In this document: one piece after another, positions 42,380-56,528 of the stretch
How positions within the stretch are numbered: the first letter of the stretch is position 1
Layout of the letters: every line of letters begins with the position of its first letter
DNA from: Fistulifera solaris
Taxonomy: Eukaryota
Length of the DNA: 64,000 nt
Reading direction: 5' to 3'
Assembly (NCBI GenBank): GCA_030295235.1
Contig: AP026124.1
Span: forward strand, 124,001-188,000
The notes under the pieces: model-generated
What the model saw: only the letters and a program-made list of their open reading frames with translations
The model's database searches: none
What the model was told of the DNA's origin: nothing
Translations under genes and position numbers: made by a program

Positions 42380-43168
42380 ATGGCACAAATTGATACAGAA
42401 TGGAAAACGATTTCGCGAAACGACAAGAAGCGGGTCATGAGGCGAAGAGATCGTCCGTCTTTGACAGGAAGAAAGGCACAAGAACATCAATCTCTCAATC
42501 AAACAAGTCACCATGTTGAAGATTATGATTTGTTGCGCTCGTACATCCACACATGTCAAGAGTCACTGTCGATACTCTTGGAGCAAATAATGGCTTTAGT
42601 TGATGATGAAATGACAATAAAGAAAATTGTTTGCTACGGTATCGGGAATTTTTCGCGGACGTCAGAACACTTTTTCTCGGCTTCTCTCTGGCAACTAGCC
42701 CTCGTCTTACGTCTTCAGTCTACATTCAATGTTCCGTTATTGTACTATGATCCGTGTACCACACACTTCGAAACAGAATTTCTCGAGAAAATGGGTGTGC
42801 ATGTGATAGCGAGTGATGAAAAGGGCGTTCGAACATCGGCGCACACACTCTTCTTCATGCCCCACTGTCCCTGTGGTCTCTATGAAAATGTGTTATGGTC
42901 AAATTGGCAACATTTAGAGTCTATCTTTATCTTCGGAAACTCACTGAAGTCGTACAGTGAAGGTTTGCAATTTGATGGACCGTGTATCACGGCGATCCAA
43001 CTCTGGCTGAGAGAAGATGTGATTCGGTGGAGCAATATGAATGCATCTGGCGACGTAGAGGGTGCTTTCAATGATACATTCCTCAGTCAAATCAAATCTG
43101 GTAAACTGGACGACTTCCCTGAACGTCCTTATGACATTTTGTGTGAAAGGATAGAGATACGGGAGTAG
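42380..43168 (+). CDS. SRR1/SRRD-domain protein
   Basis: IVCYGIGNF, WQLAL, YYDP, LFFMPHCP..LYENVLWSNW, FGNSL. Confidence 0.8.
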   Translation: MAQIDTEWKTISRNDKKRVMRRRDRPSLTGRKAQEHQSLNQTSHHVEDYDLLRSYIHTCQESLSILLEQIMALVDDEMTIKKIVCYGIGNFSRTSEHFFSASLWQLALVLRLQSTFNVPLLYYDPCTTHFETEFLEKMGVHVIASDEKGVRTSAHTLFFMPHCPCGLYENVLWSNWQHLESIFIFGNSLKSYSEGLQFDGPCITAIQLWLREDVIRWSNMNASGDVEGAFNDTFLSQIKSGKLDDFPERPYDILCERIEIRE

Positions 43169-43378
43169 GAGTACGGTCAGTTAGTTTATTAATTGTCACC
43201 GTTGGAGTATGAAAAGAAATAAAGTTTTCAACGACACAACTAACGCGGACAGGGACAACGAAGAATTGTGGCTTCAGTGGATGATTCGCCATGCAAGCTT
43301 TGTACTCTTATATCTCCGATGCGCTTGCGATCAGTATTTGTGAAGACGATTTATAGTTTTCCATAACGTTAAGTATGT

Positions 43379-46300
43379 TTAGGATCGCTTTATCAATTTT
43401 GTAGGCCGACAATCGATACCTTTTAATGATTCGTCTTCACTTGTACCCCACTCACCGGAAACGCCAAAGCTGCTATCATTATCACTTCCGGAAACAGAAA
43501 TAGAAGCATCGTCATATATTTTAGCAATATATGATTCCTCATTGTGCTCACCCTTATCAAGTCGCCGGTTTCCTTCGGTCGCAATAACAATACGGTCAAG
43601 CTTCGGTAGACTTCGAGGCAGCAAGGTAGGCGACGATAAGTTGTGGACAGCGGCTATCTTTCGGATATCACGGCCTGCTTTTTCTACGATAGCTCTCAAA
43701 TTCGTCCGTTTAAAGGGGAAAATACGGGCCGTCGGCCTTCTCCACAAAGAAATCACAGAGAGACGATAAATCACCAATAACTGGAGACATGTGCAAATGA
43801 ATCAAATCGTCAAGGTAGGAAAGGGAGCCCACGTCAATCGCGCTGGCTCGTTGAGCGACGGAGAGAATGGGTTGCCGATTACGCCAATGAACACACTGAC
43901 GTAATTTCAATATCATCACTCCAGTAAAATCACGAGATAAATTTGACAATGTTCTTGAATTTCGGCTCGGAAAAATTGCAAAATTGTCACGGAATATGTT
44001 TACAAGGCGTCGGAACACACCAAGGGTGAACTTCAGATGCTGATAAGGCCCTTCATGAGTTGGGGATACCCTTGTCGGCTCGTCGCCTCCCATCAGAAGA
44101 GTCGTCAGTGAAAGAAAAGTGTTGAAGAAATCTGGAAGCGTTGTTGAGTTGAGAAAAGGAAAACATGACGCTTGGATTGCTCGTGTAGTTCTTTGTTTTC
44201 CGTCAATTTCGACTTTTTCGCCTCTGATTGTTGCATGAAGTGCTTTAGCCAAAGAATCAGTTTCTTCCAAAAGTTCCACCACGTGGTGAGAATATCGCGA
44301 CAGTTGAAGCGGGGTGTCTGAAATCAGCGCAACGTGTCTGATTATCGACAAACAATACGGTGCAAAGGATTTGACCGTGATGCTCCGACAAGACAAAGCC
44401 GCCGCTTTCAACAATGATTCCAAGGGCATCTTTACTTCTGGATAGCCTTTTGCTTTTCCTCTCTGCACCATACGAAAGAGATGCCTTTGCCAATCTTCAG
44501 GGAGTAGCTCGATTGATCCACAATACACATCGTGTAAAGAAGACCAGCTTATCTCGATGATTCTGTTTATGTGTTCCGCGTCACTTCGTTTCACTAGGCA
44601 TGAGATTATATCCAATTGAAAATGAGCAATTCCAACGTCCTCTGTGTTTTTGAGTTGGAAAGCGACGAGCTCAAGCAACTCAACTTTATTGTGTCCTCCA
44701 TTAACCCTCCCAATAGATTCTACAACCTGGGACTCTGTCAGAACTGCTGCTAATAACTTACAATAGGCCCTTGACAAGTGCACTACCACGTCCAGGACAT
44801 GAACATCAACTGCATGGCTTGCATTTGTTTCTCGAATATGGATGTAAAATGCAACGATCGTTTTCATCGATTGAACTAAACTTTGAAGTGTCAAGTCGAC
44901 TTCTTCGGACAAGAATGATGTACTCACTGCAAGCTCTTCCAAAAACATGCATTGGAAAGATACCATCACCAGGTCGAAGGGCATGAATTGTTGTCGTGTA
45001 AGAACTTTATCTTTCAATATCCGAAGAATAGTGTTATTTAAATCGTTTCGTTGAAGGACCTTCCATAAAGTTCTTGACGAAAGGTAGGGATCGGAGCAGA
45101 ACAGAACATGAATCTTATCGACTTCTCTCGCCGCGGTTTCCACAAGGGACGACAGTTGCAACGCGCCCTGCTCTGAAAAACTTCGCGTTCCATTACTAGG
45201 AGATGATGTACTTCCTTTTCGATTTATGCCAGTTAAGTTCTCGTTGCTCTGCCGTTTTCGCTTCGAAAATACTTTCAGTGCACGAAGCAACTTCAAAATC
45301 TTACTTGATTTAGACTTCAGATGAAATATTTTCATCATCTGGTAGAGCATTAGCCGTTGACGAGAAATTTGCTTGTCAGGGGCAGATGTCAGAGTGAAAT
45401 GTTCAGAAGCATTTTTCAAAACTGCCAAGGATAAAGAGATTCCTACCAACAAAGCTATTTCGTATTGGCAGAGCATCAGAACAAAATCCTCCGTAAGTTT
45501 TCCATCGAGTTGGTCGCTTTCTAATGGCATAATTTGTGAATGCAAAGAATAGTCGTTAGCATCCGCGAGAGCAGTATCCAATGCGCTCGATACAGACGGA
45601 AACGAGAAAGTCGAAAATTCAATGGAGGCCTGTAACCACCCTTCTGCAGCCCAGTCCTTCATCGCATTCTTACGAGCGAGTGTGAGGTACGTGTCAGTCA
45701 GCTCGAAAACCCATAGGCAAGTGCATTCCCATCGTGTGGGATCCGTCACGGTGCTTATCTTTGTGAAGTAGTCGACACAGAATACTATGTCCTGAGGAGA
45801 GAAGTGGGCGTCTTCATGCCAAGCTGAATATGATGCTAGGACTGGTGGAACGTTCTGGTACGCAATGATATTATTTTTTAAGCTGTTGCGACCGATTTTG
45901 TATTGGGATAGCTTTTGAATGAGACCAGTATTTGCAAGAATCATTTTGAATTGCTCGAAGTAGGCTTTCGACGTGCTTTCCGAAGTATCCCGATTTGCCA
46001 GAGCCTGTAGAAACATCAACGACGCACTTCCCACTTCTGGAGCAATGGTTCGACGAGTTGAAGGCAGCATGATCTTTGCACCCATTCCTCAATTTGCTTA
46101 GTTTCTCTTTCGGGCACTGTCGAAGTGCCTATGATAACTCTACTGAGTGTAAGGCCACAGACGACCCGAATCGAATCGTTTGACGACAACGAGTATCCAC
46201 CCGTCGATAAAAAGAGCAACCGTTTTAAAAGCTCCATCAGCTCTTGGTAACCATTTTGCGATGCTTGAACAATAGCTACCAGGATATAGCATATATATTC

Positions 46301-47550
46301 TGCAGAGGTGTGCAACGTCGAGCGACGGCTCCCAGTATCGCAGCACAATCTTCTCATAAACGTCTCCTTGAAAGGAATGAGCAAATCTGGGGATTGTTGA
46401 GCAACTTGTATCAAAAGATCGTTCACAGGCCGACAAATAGCGTTTGGCCGTTCTGTACTTTTTGGTTTTTCTACAGCGAGCCCATCTACTTCCCTCACTC
46501 AAGTGGACCAGGCATGAAAGTAAACTATTTCGATTTGCATGATCCAGTAGATTGATCATTTGATATACCAACGCCACCATTGGTTGCATCTCACAAGTCG
46601 AGACACGAGCGTGTGTCAATAAGAGGAACATTGCAAGGCGAAGGAGGCCATCAACAACGCGCTGATAAAATGACGACGACAACACGTTTTCTCGACTCGA
46701 GGAACAAACCCATTTCACAACAGCTTCACAGAGTGCATAAGGAAAGCACGCACGACTCAGCCAAGAATCGAATATCTTGTCAACTGGATCTTCGTGTTCA
46801 TTAGAAAGACCCAGCAAAAGCATGACGTCGAGCGGATGCGCACCATCTTCACTTTCGCTCACGCTATACAAATATGTCTTTCTTAACAGGTCCCGCTTCT
46901 GATCTTGACGAAATCCATCAAAGATATGTTGCGCAACCATCATGAGATGATCATTCACTTCAAAATCGTTGCCTTGAACCCGAATGGTCGACCACAACAT
47001 CATTGCCTCCCTTTTGTCGGACACGATACGAAATAGAATACGAAGAAGAGATGGCCATTCCGATTCTTTCACTAATGCAAGTGACTTGAAGGCCTGCTGG
47101 AACGAAGCTTTTCGTGCTTCCCCCTGTCAATGGTAACACCGAGAGACATTCTAGGATTGCTAAGCGAGAATCGGGTACGCGTTGACAGCTATCGAGCAAG
47201 ATAGATACGACCGGCTCAGAAGCGCTCTCAATCTGTTGATCTTCCATCAATGAAGGCAAAAATTTGAGTAACATTTGCAGCGTTTCTTGCTTCTGCGATC
47301 GAAGAATCATGTCGAGCACGTGCTTGGGTGAAAGTGAATGCCTGTAAATCATGGATGACAGCATCTTGCGTATTTGAGCTAACCGTGCAGGAATTTCTTC
47401 CTCATCGTTATCCATTTCGATCGCTTTCAGATATGCAATGATCCTCTTGACCATTTTGGTGGCTTCCGATCCTTGCCCAGCATTTAGATCTTGTAAACAT
47501 TCTTGAAGAGCCGTCTCAAGATCGGACATGAAAACTTGTTTGTCTGTCAT
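43379..47550 (-). CDS. Large helical-repeat protein, FANCD2-like (several frameshifts)
   Basis: Chained minus-strand ORFs 46960-47550, 46140-47072, 46016-46498, 43710-46085, 43379-43777. LAILECLSVLPL...ESEWPSLLRILF...WSTIR recalls the FANCD2 ILDxLSxLxL...EDLPxxIKFxL segment. Acidic tail. Confidence 0.5.
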
Positions 47551-47964
47551 TTGTCACACAATTTCACGTAGCGGGCTGACTAAAAGCTTTGCTATCATAT
47601 GAATATTGACCTTACATGCGAGATCATCGTAAGCACTGCTTACTGCTTTCTTTCTTTGAAAAGAGCTGTTTAGCGACGTTATCAGCGCTGTTGTGGTATA
47701 ACGGTATAATAATCATCGTGTCGTTTTGCGGTCTTGTTGCGACGAGCTTTATCGACTTGTCGATTATCGACGCAGCTCGTCTTGCCGTCGGCCAGGGCAA
47801 TGGACGCGGGCTAAGGTTATTTCCGACATTGATTGATGAATTTCTAAGCCTTTGCTCCTACGAAATATCTCGATTAGAATAATTACATTTTCGCATGCAA
47901 CTTGTTATCTATCACTATCAATATCTAGATAAGGAGACTGTTTTGTTTACTATTCATTCGTTGT

Positions 47965-49240
<1,276 letters not shown>

Positions 49241-49578
49241 GGTGCGGTCGAGTGCTGCTTAAAAAGTTGATTTGTTTAATTTCTGTTTCAATCAACCACA
49301 ACAAGGATTGCGTGTCGTCAGTTGTGTGGGGGTTTTGCTTGATCGGATGCTTTGTGCTCCTTTCCTCCCTCCAAACGTCAAGTTCAACTTCCGGGTTGGT
49401 AAAACATTGATTTACGTCGTTCTCGTGAATGAAGAGACATCGCCTATCACGGGAATGGAAAATGACTTTTCCATCAAGCCAAAAAGTCTCGTAATATAGT
49501 TTGCGATCTTGTTGCGCATTCAATCCAACATCCCTTCGACTACTTGTTCTTTATCTTCCTTTCACCTTTAATGACATC

Positions 49579-50181
49579 ATGTTACGAAGACACCATACGC
49601 CCACTCAACCGACTTCCACGTCTTCACGGACCGCCAAATCACGCGTTACGGCACGCACCCGTCGACCGGGTCGTCCCTCATCGCCCTGGATATGGAGTTT
49701 GTTTGCGCTCGCCGCGATCATTACCACCATCACCTACATGTTTCCCGAAAAAATGCAACAAGTGGAATACAGTGCAATGGAAGAAGTTGTACAAGTAGAG
49801 CAAGATCTGGTAAAATGGTGGAGTCAACCCATACAGAAGCCACCCATTCCGCAAGACGAACACCCGCATTTTGTCGGATTGACCGATCCTAACGAACGGA
49901 TGAAGCAACAATCATCTTTCTCGTCATATAGCTGGGTAGAAGGTGAAAAGAAATTGAAACAAAAATTAAAAGTCTTGTATGATCGCCAGCAACAGGGACT
50001 CGACTTGGGTGTACCGGTCCTGACGCGATATTTGGGAGAAGACATTCCTGCGTGGCCCGAGAGAGGTAAAGAAGACGATTGGCAAAAGCAAGTTGATGCA
50101 AAGTACGAACAAATGCGGCGCGAAGAAGAGGAATGGAAAGCTAGAATCACGGCTCTGTTGAAAAGCGAAAAGCGGGGATAA
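49579..50181 (+). CDS. Hypothetical single-pass membrane protein with C-terminal coiled coil
   Basis: Basic N-terminus, hydrophobic WIWSLFALAAIITTITYMF, charged helical C-terminus. Confidence 0.65.
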   Translation: MLRRHHTPTQPTSTSSRTAKSRVTARTRRPGRPSSPWIWSLFALAAIITTITYMFPEKMQQVEYSAMEEVVQVEQDLVKWWSQPIQKPPIPQDEHPHFVGLTDPNERMKQQSSFSSYSWVEGEKKLKQKLKVLYDRQQQGLDLGVPVLTRYLGEDIPAWPERGKEDDWQKQVDAKYEQMRREEEEWKARITALLKSEKRG

Positions 50182-50945
50182 ATCGCGAAAGCATCCTATT
50201 GCGTTTAAATAGTTGATGTACTTTGTAATCAGCTTGAAGGTGCCATTAATATATCTGATCAAATTCAATCGTTTTGTTTTATCCCGCTAGCTCAATGATT
50301 GGTGTTCCTAGCATCAGAAAGAGACATCTTCAGCTAAAGATAGTCTATTGTTTGTTGTCGACGTTCCGTCGCACCTGTCTACCTGAGAGTCTCTTCAATC
50401 AGCGAGTTAAGATAAAAAGTTAGTTGACTTTATTGTTAAAGGCATTTTTCTAGTCTATTATAGGTCGATAATATAACCGCGAAACGAGCCTTCGACCTTC
50501 GATATCTACTATAGTGATTAAGTGTAAGCGACCTTTCACCACGACTGGTATTCAGTCACGATTTGGCAAATGATATTGTTTGTCGTCCGCGCTGTGTCGC
50601 ACCTTTCAACATGTGAATAGTGTCATCAATCCAAGTAATACAATTAGCAATGGGAAAATATAGCTTTACGTTCAAATGTATGCTTCTTTGCATGCTTTAA
50701 CCGTTCTCCCGTTGAGATCCACATTCACTATAGTTTCAACGTGTAGACGTTACTGAATAACGTAATAAACGTGAATGGTTGGATTCGTGACTTGTGAGAA
50801 TCTCGCCGCGAAATAACAAAGGACGACCATGATGAATGATGACATCCATAAAAAAACCAATGCGCTGCGCTTAGCACTTTATAGCAACTTGCCAACAACA
50901 AGCAACAATACCATTCATCCTTTTCAGTGCAATTAAGAAAGAATA

Positions 50946-52419
50946 ATGGGCCGCTACGATGCTTTGCTCGCTTTGTTTCCGCTACTACCACCGATTGTTT
51001 TGTTGTTTCAATTAATGGAGCATCCCTCGGACACCTTACAACGATGGTATACACATTTCTGGTTGTCACAAGACGCAAGTGGAGGCAAAAACGCAGTCGA
51101 AGAAACTCCCACAGTTGCAACACAATTACTGGCCTACATTCTCATCGCCATTGTTGGATATTTACTGACTACGCTTATGGTTCCATCGATTCAAGTGTAT
51201 ACGTTACGGAAAGGAATCTGTGGTAAAGATTTGGGAAAACGAGGCACTCTGCAAGGGGAACAACCTTTGTAAGTAACCTTGTGTCTTTGCTTTGAATCTT
51301 ACTGAATATCGCATAACAATTTCTGATGCCTTCCGCTGCCATCGTCTTTCTTACTATCTCTCAAGACCAGAAGCATTGGGGATTGTCCCTGGCGCGGTCT
51401 TTCTGGTCTGTTTGCTCTTTTGCTTGGTCGGCTTTGCGGCTACCTATCCCAGTCGAATGTTGGATGTGAATGCGGCGTTATTGTCAATATGCTTCATGCT
51501 GTTTCTAGGATTCACTGATGATGTACTCGACTGGCCGTGGCGATACAAACTCGTTCTTCCCAGTGTCGCGTCCTTGCCATTGTTGTGTTCCTACAAAGGC
51601 AGCACATCGGTAGTAGTGCCGTTGCAATTGCGCTCTTTGCTTTGGAAGGATGGACACATGACTGCGTTCGGAGATTTCTTGGGAAGTTTTGTGATTGTTG
51701 ATGCGCAAGCAACGGGTGCCTTAATCAATTTGGGATACTTCTATCTCCTCTACATGGGACTGCTGGCCGTCTTTTGCACCAACGCCATCAATATATTCGC
51801 TGGAATCAACGGTCTTGAAGCCGGACAATCGTACGTTATTGCCTGCGCAGTCCTGTTACATAATCTCATGGAAATTCAGCGAGACGGTCCTGCCGACAAC
51901 CACTTGTTCTCTGTCATGCTCATGTTGTGCTTCATTGGTGTGACGCTTGGTTTACTGCGGCACAATTGGTATCCCGCCACCGTATTTGTTGGAGACACGT
52001 TTTGTTACTTTGCCGGTATGACATTTGCCGTTGTAGGAATCCTGGGACATTTCAGTAAAACGTTGTTGCTTCTGTTCATTCCTCAAGTAATCAACTTTCT
52101 CTGGTCTACACCTCAACTGTTCAAGCTTGTCCCTTGTCCAAGACATAGATTACCCCGCTACGATCCCACAAAACAGCTCATGTACCCAAGTACATTTCCT
52201 TGTGAATCACACCAGTACACATGGCTCAAAGCCTTGCAAGGAATACCGAGTAATGCCCAAGAGTTGCCCAACATGACCGTTATCAATTTGTGTCTACAAG
52301 TTTGCGGACCTCTATCGGAAGTACAACTGTGTCGACTGCTGTTATTACTACAATGTCTTTGTTGTGGATTTGGATTTCTTTGTCGCTATTGCTTGGCGAA
52401 ATACATTTTTGATGAATGA
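50946..52419 (+). CDS. DPAGT1: UDP-GlcNAc:dolichyl-phosphate GlcNAc-1-P transferase; intron 51269-51365
   Basis: GKDLGK, LPEALG across the splice, [50 protein letters not shown]. Confidence 0.95.
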
Positions 52420-52601
52420 TAAAATAATAATCAAAAGGAAACACCTTTTTTAGAGACTATGGATTGCATCGGAGTTAACACCCATAGACAGATTATTGTC
52501 GTTCGACGTCCCATTGTTCATGCTTTCTGTTTGAGCTGTTCTGGGAAAATATAGTGATTTTGCGGGCAAAAAAAAGTAAAAGATCTCACTCGGTTCCGCT
52601 C

Positions 52602-52898
52602 TCATGATGAAGACGATATTTCCGATGAAGCCCCGTTCGTTGGAACCGGTGCAGCCGTTAAACCGACCGGAACCTGCATAGCTACGGCTTGACCCCCTTC
52701 ATACTCCTTGACAAGCCATGCATAAGTTTCTGTTTCAATTGTAATTAGAGGAGGAGGCGCTGTAGACGACGCATTCCCTTCGAGTTGAGACGCAAGGCGT
52801 GTCAAATTGGTAAAAACGCCCGTGTCGGAAGTTGTTTGGCCGCTTAGACACAAGCCATTGACGTCATTACAGATGATTGTACGAAGATCGTTGCTCAT
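52602..52898 (-). CDS. Ragulator subunit LAMTOR5 (HBXIP)-like roadblock protein
   Basis: IICNDVNGLCL...GVFTNLTRLASQL...PLITIET...LVKEYEG.AVAM pattern, about 98 aa. Confidence 0.65.
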   Translation of the reverse strand: MSNDLRTIICNDVNGLCLSGQTTSDTGVFTNLTRLASQLEGNASSTAPPPLITIETETYAWLVKEYEGGQAVAMQVPVGLTAAPVPTNGASSEISSSS

Positions 52899-53457
52899 GA
52901 TGATTGAGAAATGAATCGTTGCCTCAAGCAATGGCAATGTTTTATGAAATCCTTTCCTGGTAACGCAGCATCATGACTACCGTACTTACTCGCACCGCAG
53001 TTTACAAATTCATGATTCATGACTAAATTGCAGTCGTGACGAAAGGTCACGTTTTTTAAAATAATTGGGTTTCTAGTCAATACCTGGTACGGAAGCAAAC
53101 GATAGAAAATGATTATCGGCACAAACAATTGAGGCGTGCATCGCAAAAGCTGTTGTCTCGTGTCTCGTATCAATTTTGATTTGATTGACTGAAATATGAG
53201 TTGCGTCGGCGTCTGGATGCTGGATGCCCACATAGTTTTGCTTTACGTTATCATTTGGCAAAACAACCCTGCCTAAGATCCCCTCGGAAGCTCTGAATCA
53301 ACTTTCTGATAAATCGTCTTATCCTGTGATAGTAATGACTCGTGAGTCCGAAATATAATTTAAAGTCATATTTTTCAATAAAAATCTAGAAGGATTCCAG
53401 TTATCAGGTTATCAATTTCGCTACGATCCAACATTTGGTCGGGTGATGAGCATTGCA

Positions 53458-54759
53458 TCACCGACGATATCCGAGAGAGGCAGCCGATGCCGGAGCTTGT
53501 ACGTCCTCGTTGATTACCCAGGGATGCTCGAGTACTTCCGCAAGCGTCAATCTCCTTTTCGGGTCTTCTTGTAACATAGCTTGAAGCAAATGACCGACTT
53601 CGTCCGATAGGTATATGTCCCAATTTCGCAACTGTTCCACCAATTTTCCGGTCACAATCAGTTCGTAGCGCTTATCGGCACGGCTGGCTTGATCATATGG
53701 TGGAAAACCAGTCAGCATAATGTACAAAACGACTCCAGCTGCCCACAAATCAATAGCAAATCCATCAAAGTCCTCTGAATTCGCGAACACCTCGGGTGAC
53801 ATGTAGTTGTGCTTCCCGCATACACCCTGAGGCTTAATTAAGCGTCGGATGACACCTTTGTGGACATCGGTTACTGCACCGGCTCCGTCGTCGTACGGAA
53901 CGCGTAGACACATTCCCATGTCGATGATCATGCATACATCTCCATTCACCAAAACATTCTCCAGTGACAAATCACGATGGCATATTCCTTCGGATTGTAA
54001 GTGATGCAGACCCTTTATCAATAAACAATACAGAGAAATGTGTCAGATAAGAAAGAACTTCATGATAGCTTTAAAAACAGCGTCGCTTACCCATAATATT
54101 TGTCGAAACCAATACCGTGCGACAGGTTCAGCCATTCCTATTTCCCCTCCGTTCTCTTCCGCGTGCTCAACTACAACGCCAAACAAATCTCCGTCACGGC
54201 AATAAGGCATGATCGAATAAAGACATTCTCCATCTTGCAAGACTTCCATCGTACCAAGAACATGCGGGTGCGGCGTGGAACCCAACATTTGCATCGCCGC
54301 CACTTCCTTGACTGGATCTTCCAAAAGACGACCCCTCATACGATGCACTCGAGCCCATTCAACCATTTTTACTGCCACATGGCGTCCTTCTGTGATTTCC
54401 CAGACAACAGGAGCATTCGGGGAACCCGGCTGGACTCCGGCAGCACGAGCGGCATCATCCGCGGCAACGCCAAAATGTCTTCGTAAAACCAAACACGCCC
54501 ATACGGATCCGTAGATGGCATCTTGTAATCGTCGCTGAGGCCAATACGCTAAAGCTTCCGAGGAGCCATCCAGATCTTCTCGGTGAATAACGCCACTGCA
54601 GACTTGACGAGTGCCTGTTTGGGGATGCACCACGAGAGCATTGACGCGCACTCCGGGACGAACACGCGGCGGCGGAAAGTCTAAAGGACGCGTTGCTGGA
54701 CCAGCTTCTAGAACTTCTCGATACTTTTGTCGAGCATGTAATCCGACTGGCTCATCCAT
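53458..54759 (-). CDS. Ser/Thr protein kinase (CAMK-like); intron 54090-54013
   Basis: VAVK, HRDLSLEN, IDMG, GKHNYMSPE, DLWAAGV, KRRLT. Confidence 0.9.
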
Positions 54760-55822
54760 TGCTGTGAGAACCGAAGCCAGCGGTGTTTCCTAATTTGAAC
54801 GCCGAAGAAATATTCGTCGGACGGTTCAAAAAGAAATTACACCACAAAAAAACCAAGAGCAATCAGTAATGAAACGGAATTAAATGAATATAATGAACGA
54901 AGGGGGGGAAGCACTGCAAAATGTGAATTGTATTCCTTCTTTGGGATGTCGTTACAATTTTTTTCCCTGGGTTGCAACTTGCAACCAAGACGCCACTACA
55001 AGATCCAAGAACATGATCGTTGGGGTTTATTATTTATCGCGGAGTGCGGGGGAGCAGCGGGGAGCGAGCGAGCGAGCGAGCGCAGTAATTACGGAGTATC
55101 ATATTTCACATTTGGAAACCAGTGGTTGTCGATCTTGTTTTATACAATACTGCCCTTATGCCGTACGACATACTGCTTGGTACAAAGAGAGGTTATGCCG
55201 AGCTCAGCATTCTACGCAAAAGTGCACTAAACAATTCGACTGGTCTTGGATTGTACATTGTACAGTCCGGTACGGTACACAAGGAACAAGGAATGATAGA
55301 TTGTGGATTCCCGTCTGTCTGTGCCTCCGTTCTCCCGCGAAACTACCACCGGAGAAACTACTACGCGCGTTCACAAATTATTCCCAAAAGGCAAACCTCC
55401 AGAAGAAAAACTACGAGGGTACTTCGTATTGGGCTATTGGGACTTTGGGTGGTGCCACCTTTCACGGGGGGTTATTAGTTGGGGTCACCTTGGAGGAAAC
55501 ATATCAGTCCTCTATCGCTAAATTTAATTACCGGAGTAGCATTTATTTGGAAAAGGTATCGTGTCGCCTTTTAACTTCGTGGCGCAAGCAACAGGAAAGA
55601 AACTAGCTACAATGAGTTTAGGCATTATTGTAGCGTTTAAGTAACTCGGTTTATGCTAGAGCCTTATGGAGTCGCCGTACGGTCTTCTAGCAACTTTAAT
55701 GTAGATCGACGTTTGATTTTAAGTTTAATGAATCGAATATTATACGATAGTGACCAAGGAAACGAACATAGCCCGATTCTCTGGGCTCTATAAATCAGCC
55801 AGTGATACAAAGCATCCCCTTA

Positions 55823-56528
55823 TCAATCACTCATCTCAGAGTTTGCCAAAGGGAGGCTCTCATCAACGCAGTGCGCAGGATGGAGCAAATTGCCATCACT
55901 GTCCGTACAAAACTTGTCTTCTTCAACAACATTCGCAATATCGCATCCTTCCCAGATCCATTCAGCGTAGTTGCGGTACGCTTGGAGCCGAATGGCGTCG
56001 GAATTGTTGTACATTTCGAGCCTTTCTTGTTCGCTTAGCGTGCGGTGGCTTGGGATTTCAAATACAGTATCCTTCTCTGGTGCGAACTTAACTTTTCGAC
56101 ATCGACCGTTGAAGTCAAGATTCGATGAGCTATTTCCCATCATATCTGAGAAGCTAAGACCAAAGTTAGCATCGTCATCTTCCAGAGGAAAGACATCCAT
56201 ATCAACGCTGCACAGTGACATCTCGAAGTCTTTTTTCGTCTTCCGTGCTGGACAGACATGACGCAGCTCTTGTTGATGATTCTCCGTCGATCTTTTCGAT
56301 AAATGCGTCCAGGAGCTTTGACAGCGGTGTGTCATGGTCAAGGCCCATCTTCAGTACGTCAACGGCATCTTCCGCCGCGAGTGGCAAAATTTGGTCTTGA
56401 GAATTGACATCTATTACCAGAAGCTTACCAGGGCCATGATCACTGTTCTTCACTAGAGTATTTGATACATGTTGTAATGGAACAGTTCGCACGGCGTCTT
56501 CATTTGAAGGAGGCCGTGCTGATGACAT
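55823..56528 (-). CDS. Hypothetical protein (frameshifted; start uncertain)
   Basis: Overlapping minus-strand ORFs; KVKF...IPSHRTLSEQER..MY...RN..EW.WEG.D...VVEE looks like a conserved coding motif. Confidence 0.55.

Noticed and set aside
54884..55606. 240 aa ORF upstream of the kinase
   Set aside because: No motifs, contains simple repeats, sits in the promoter/5' region of the opposite-strand kinase.
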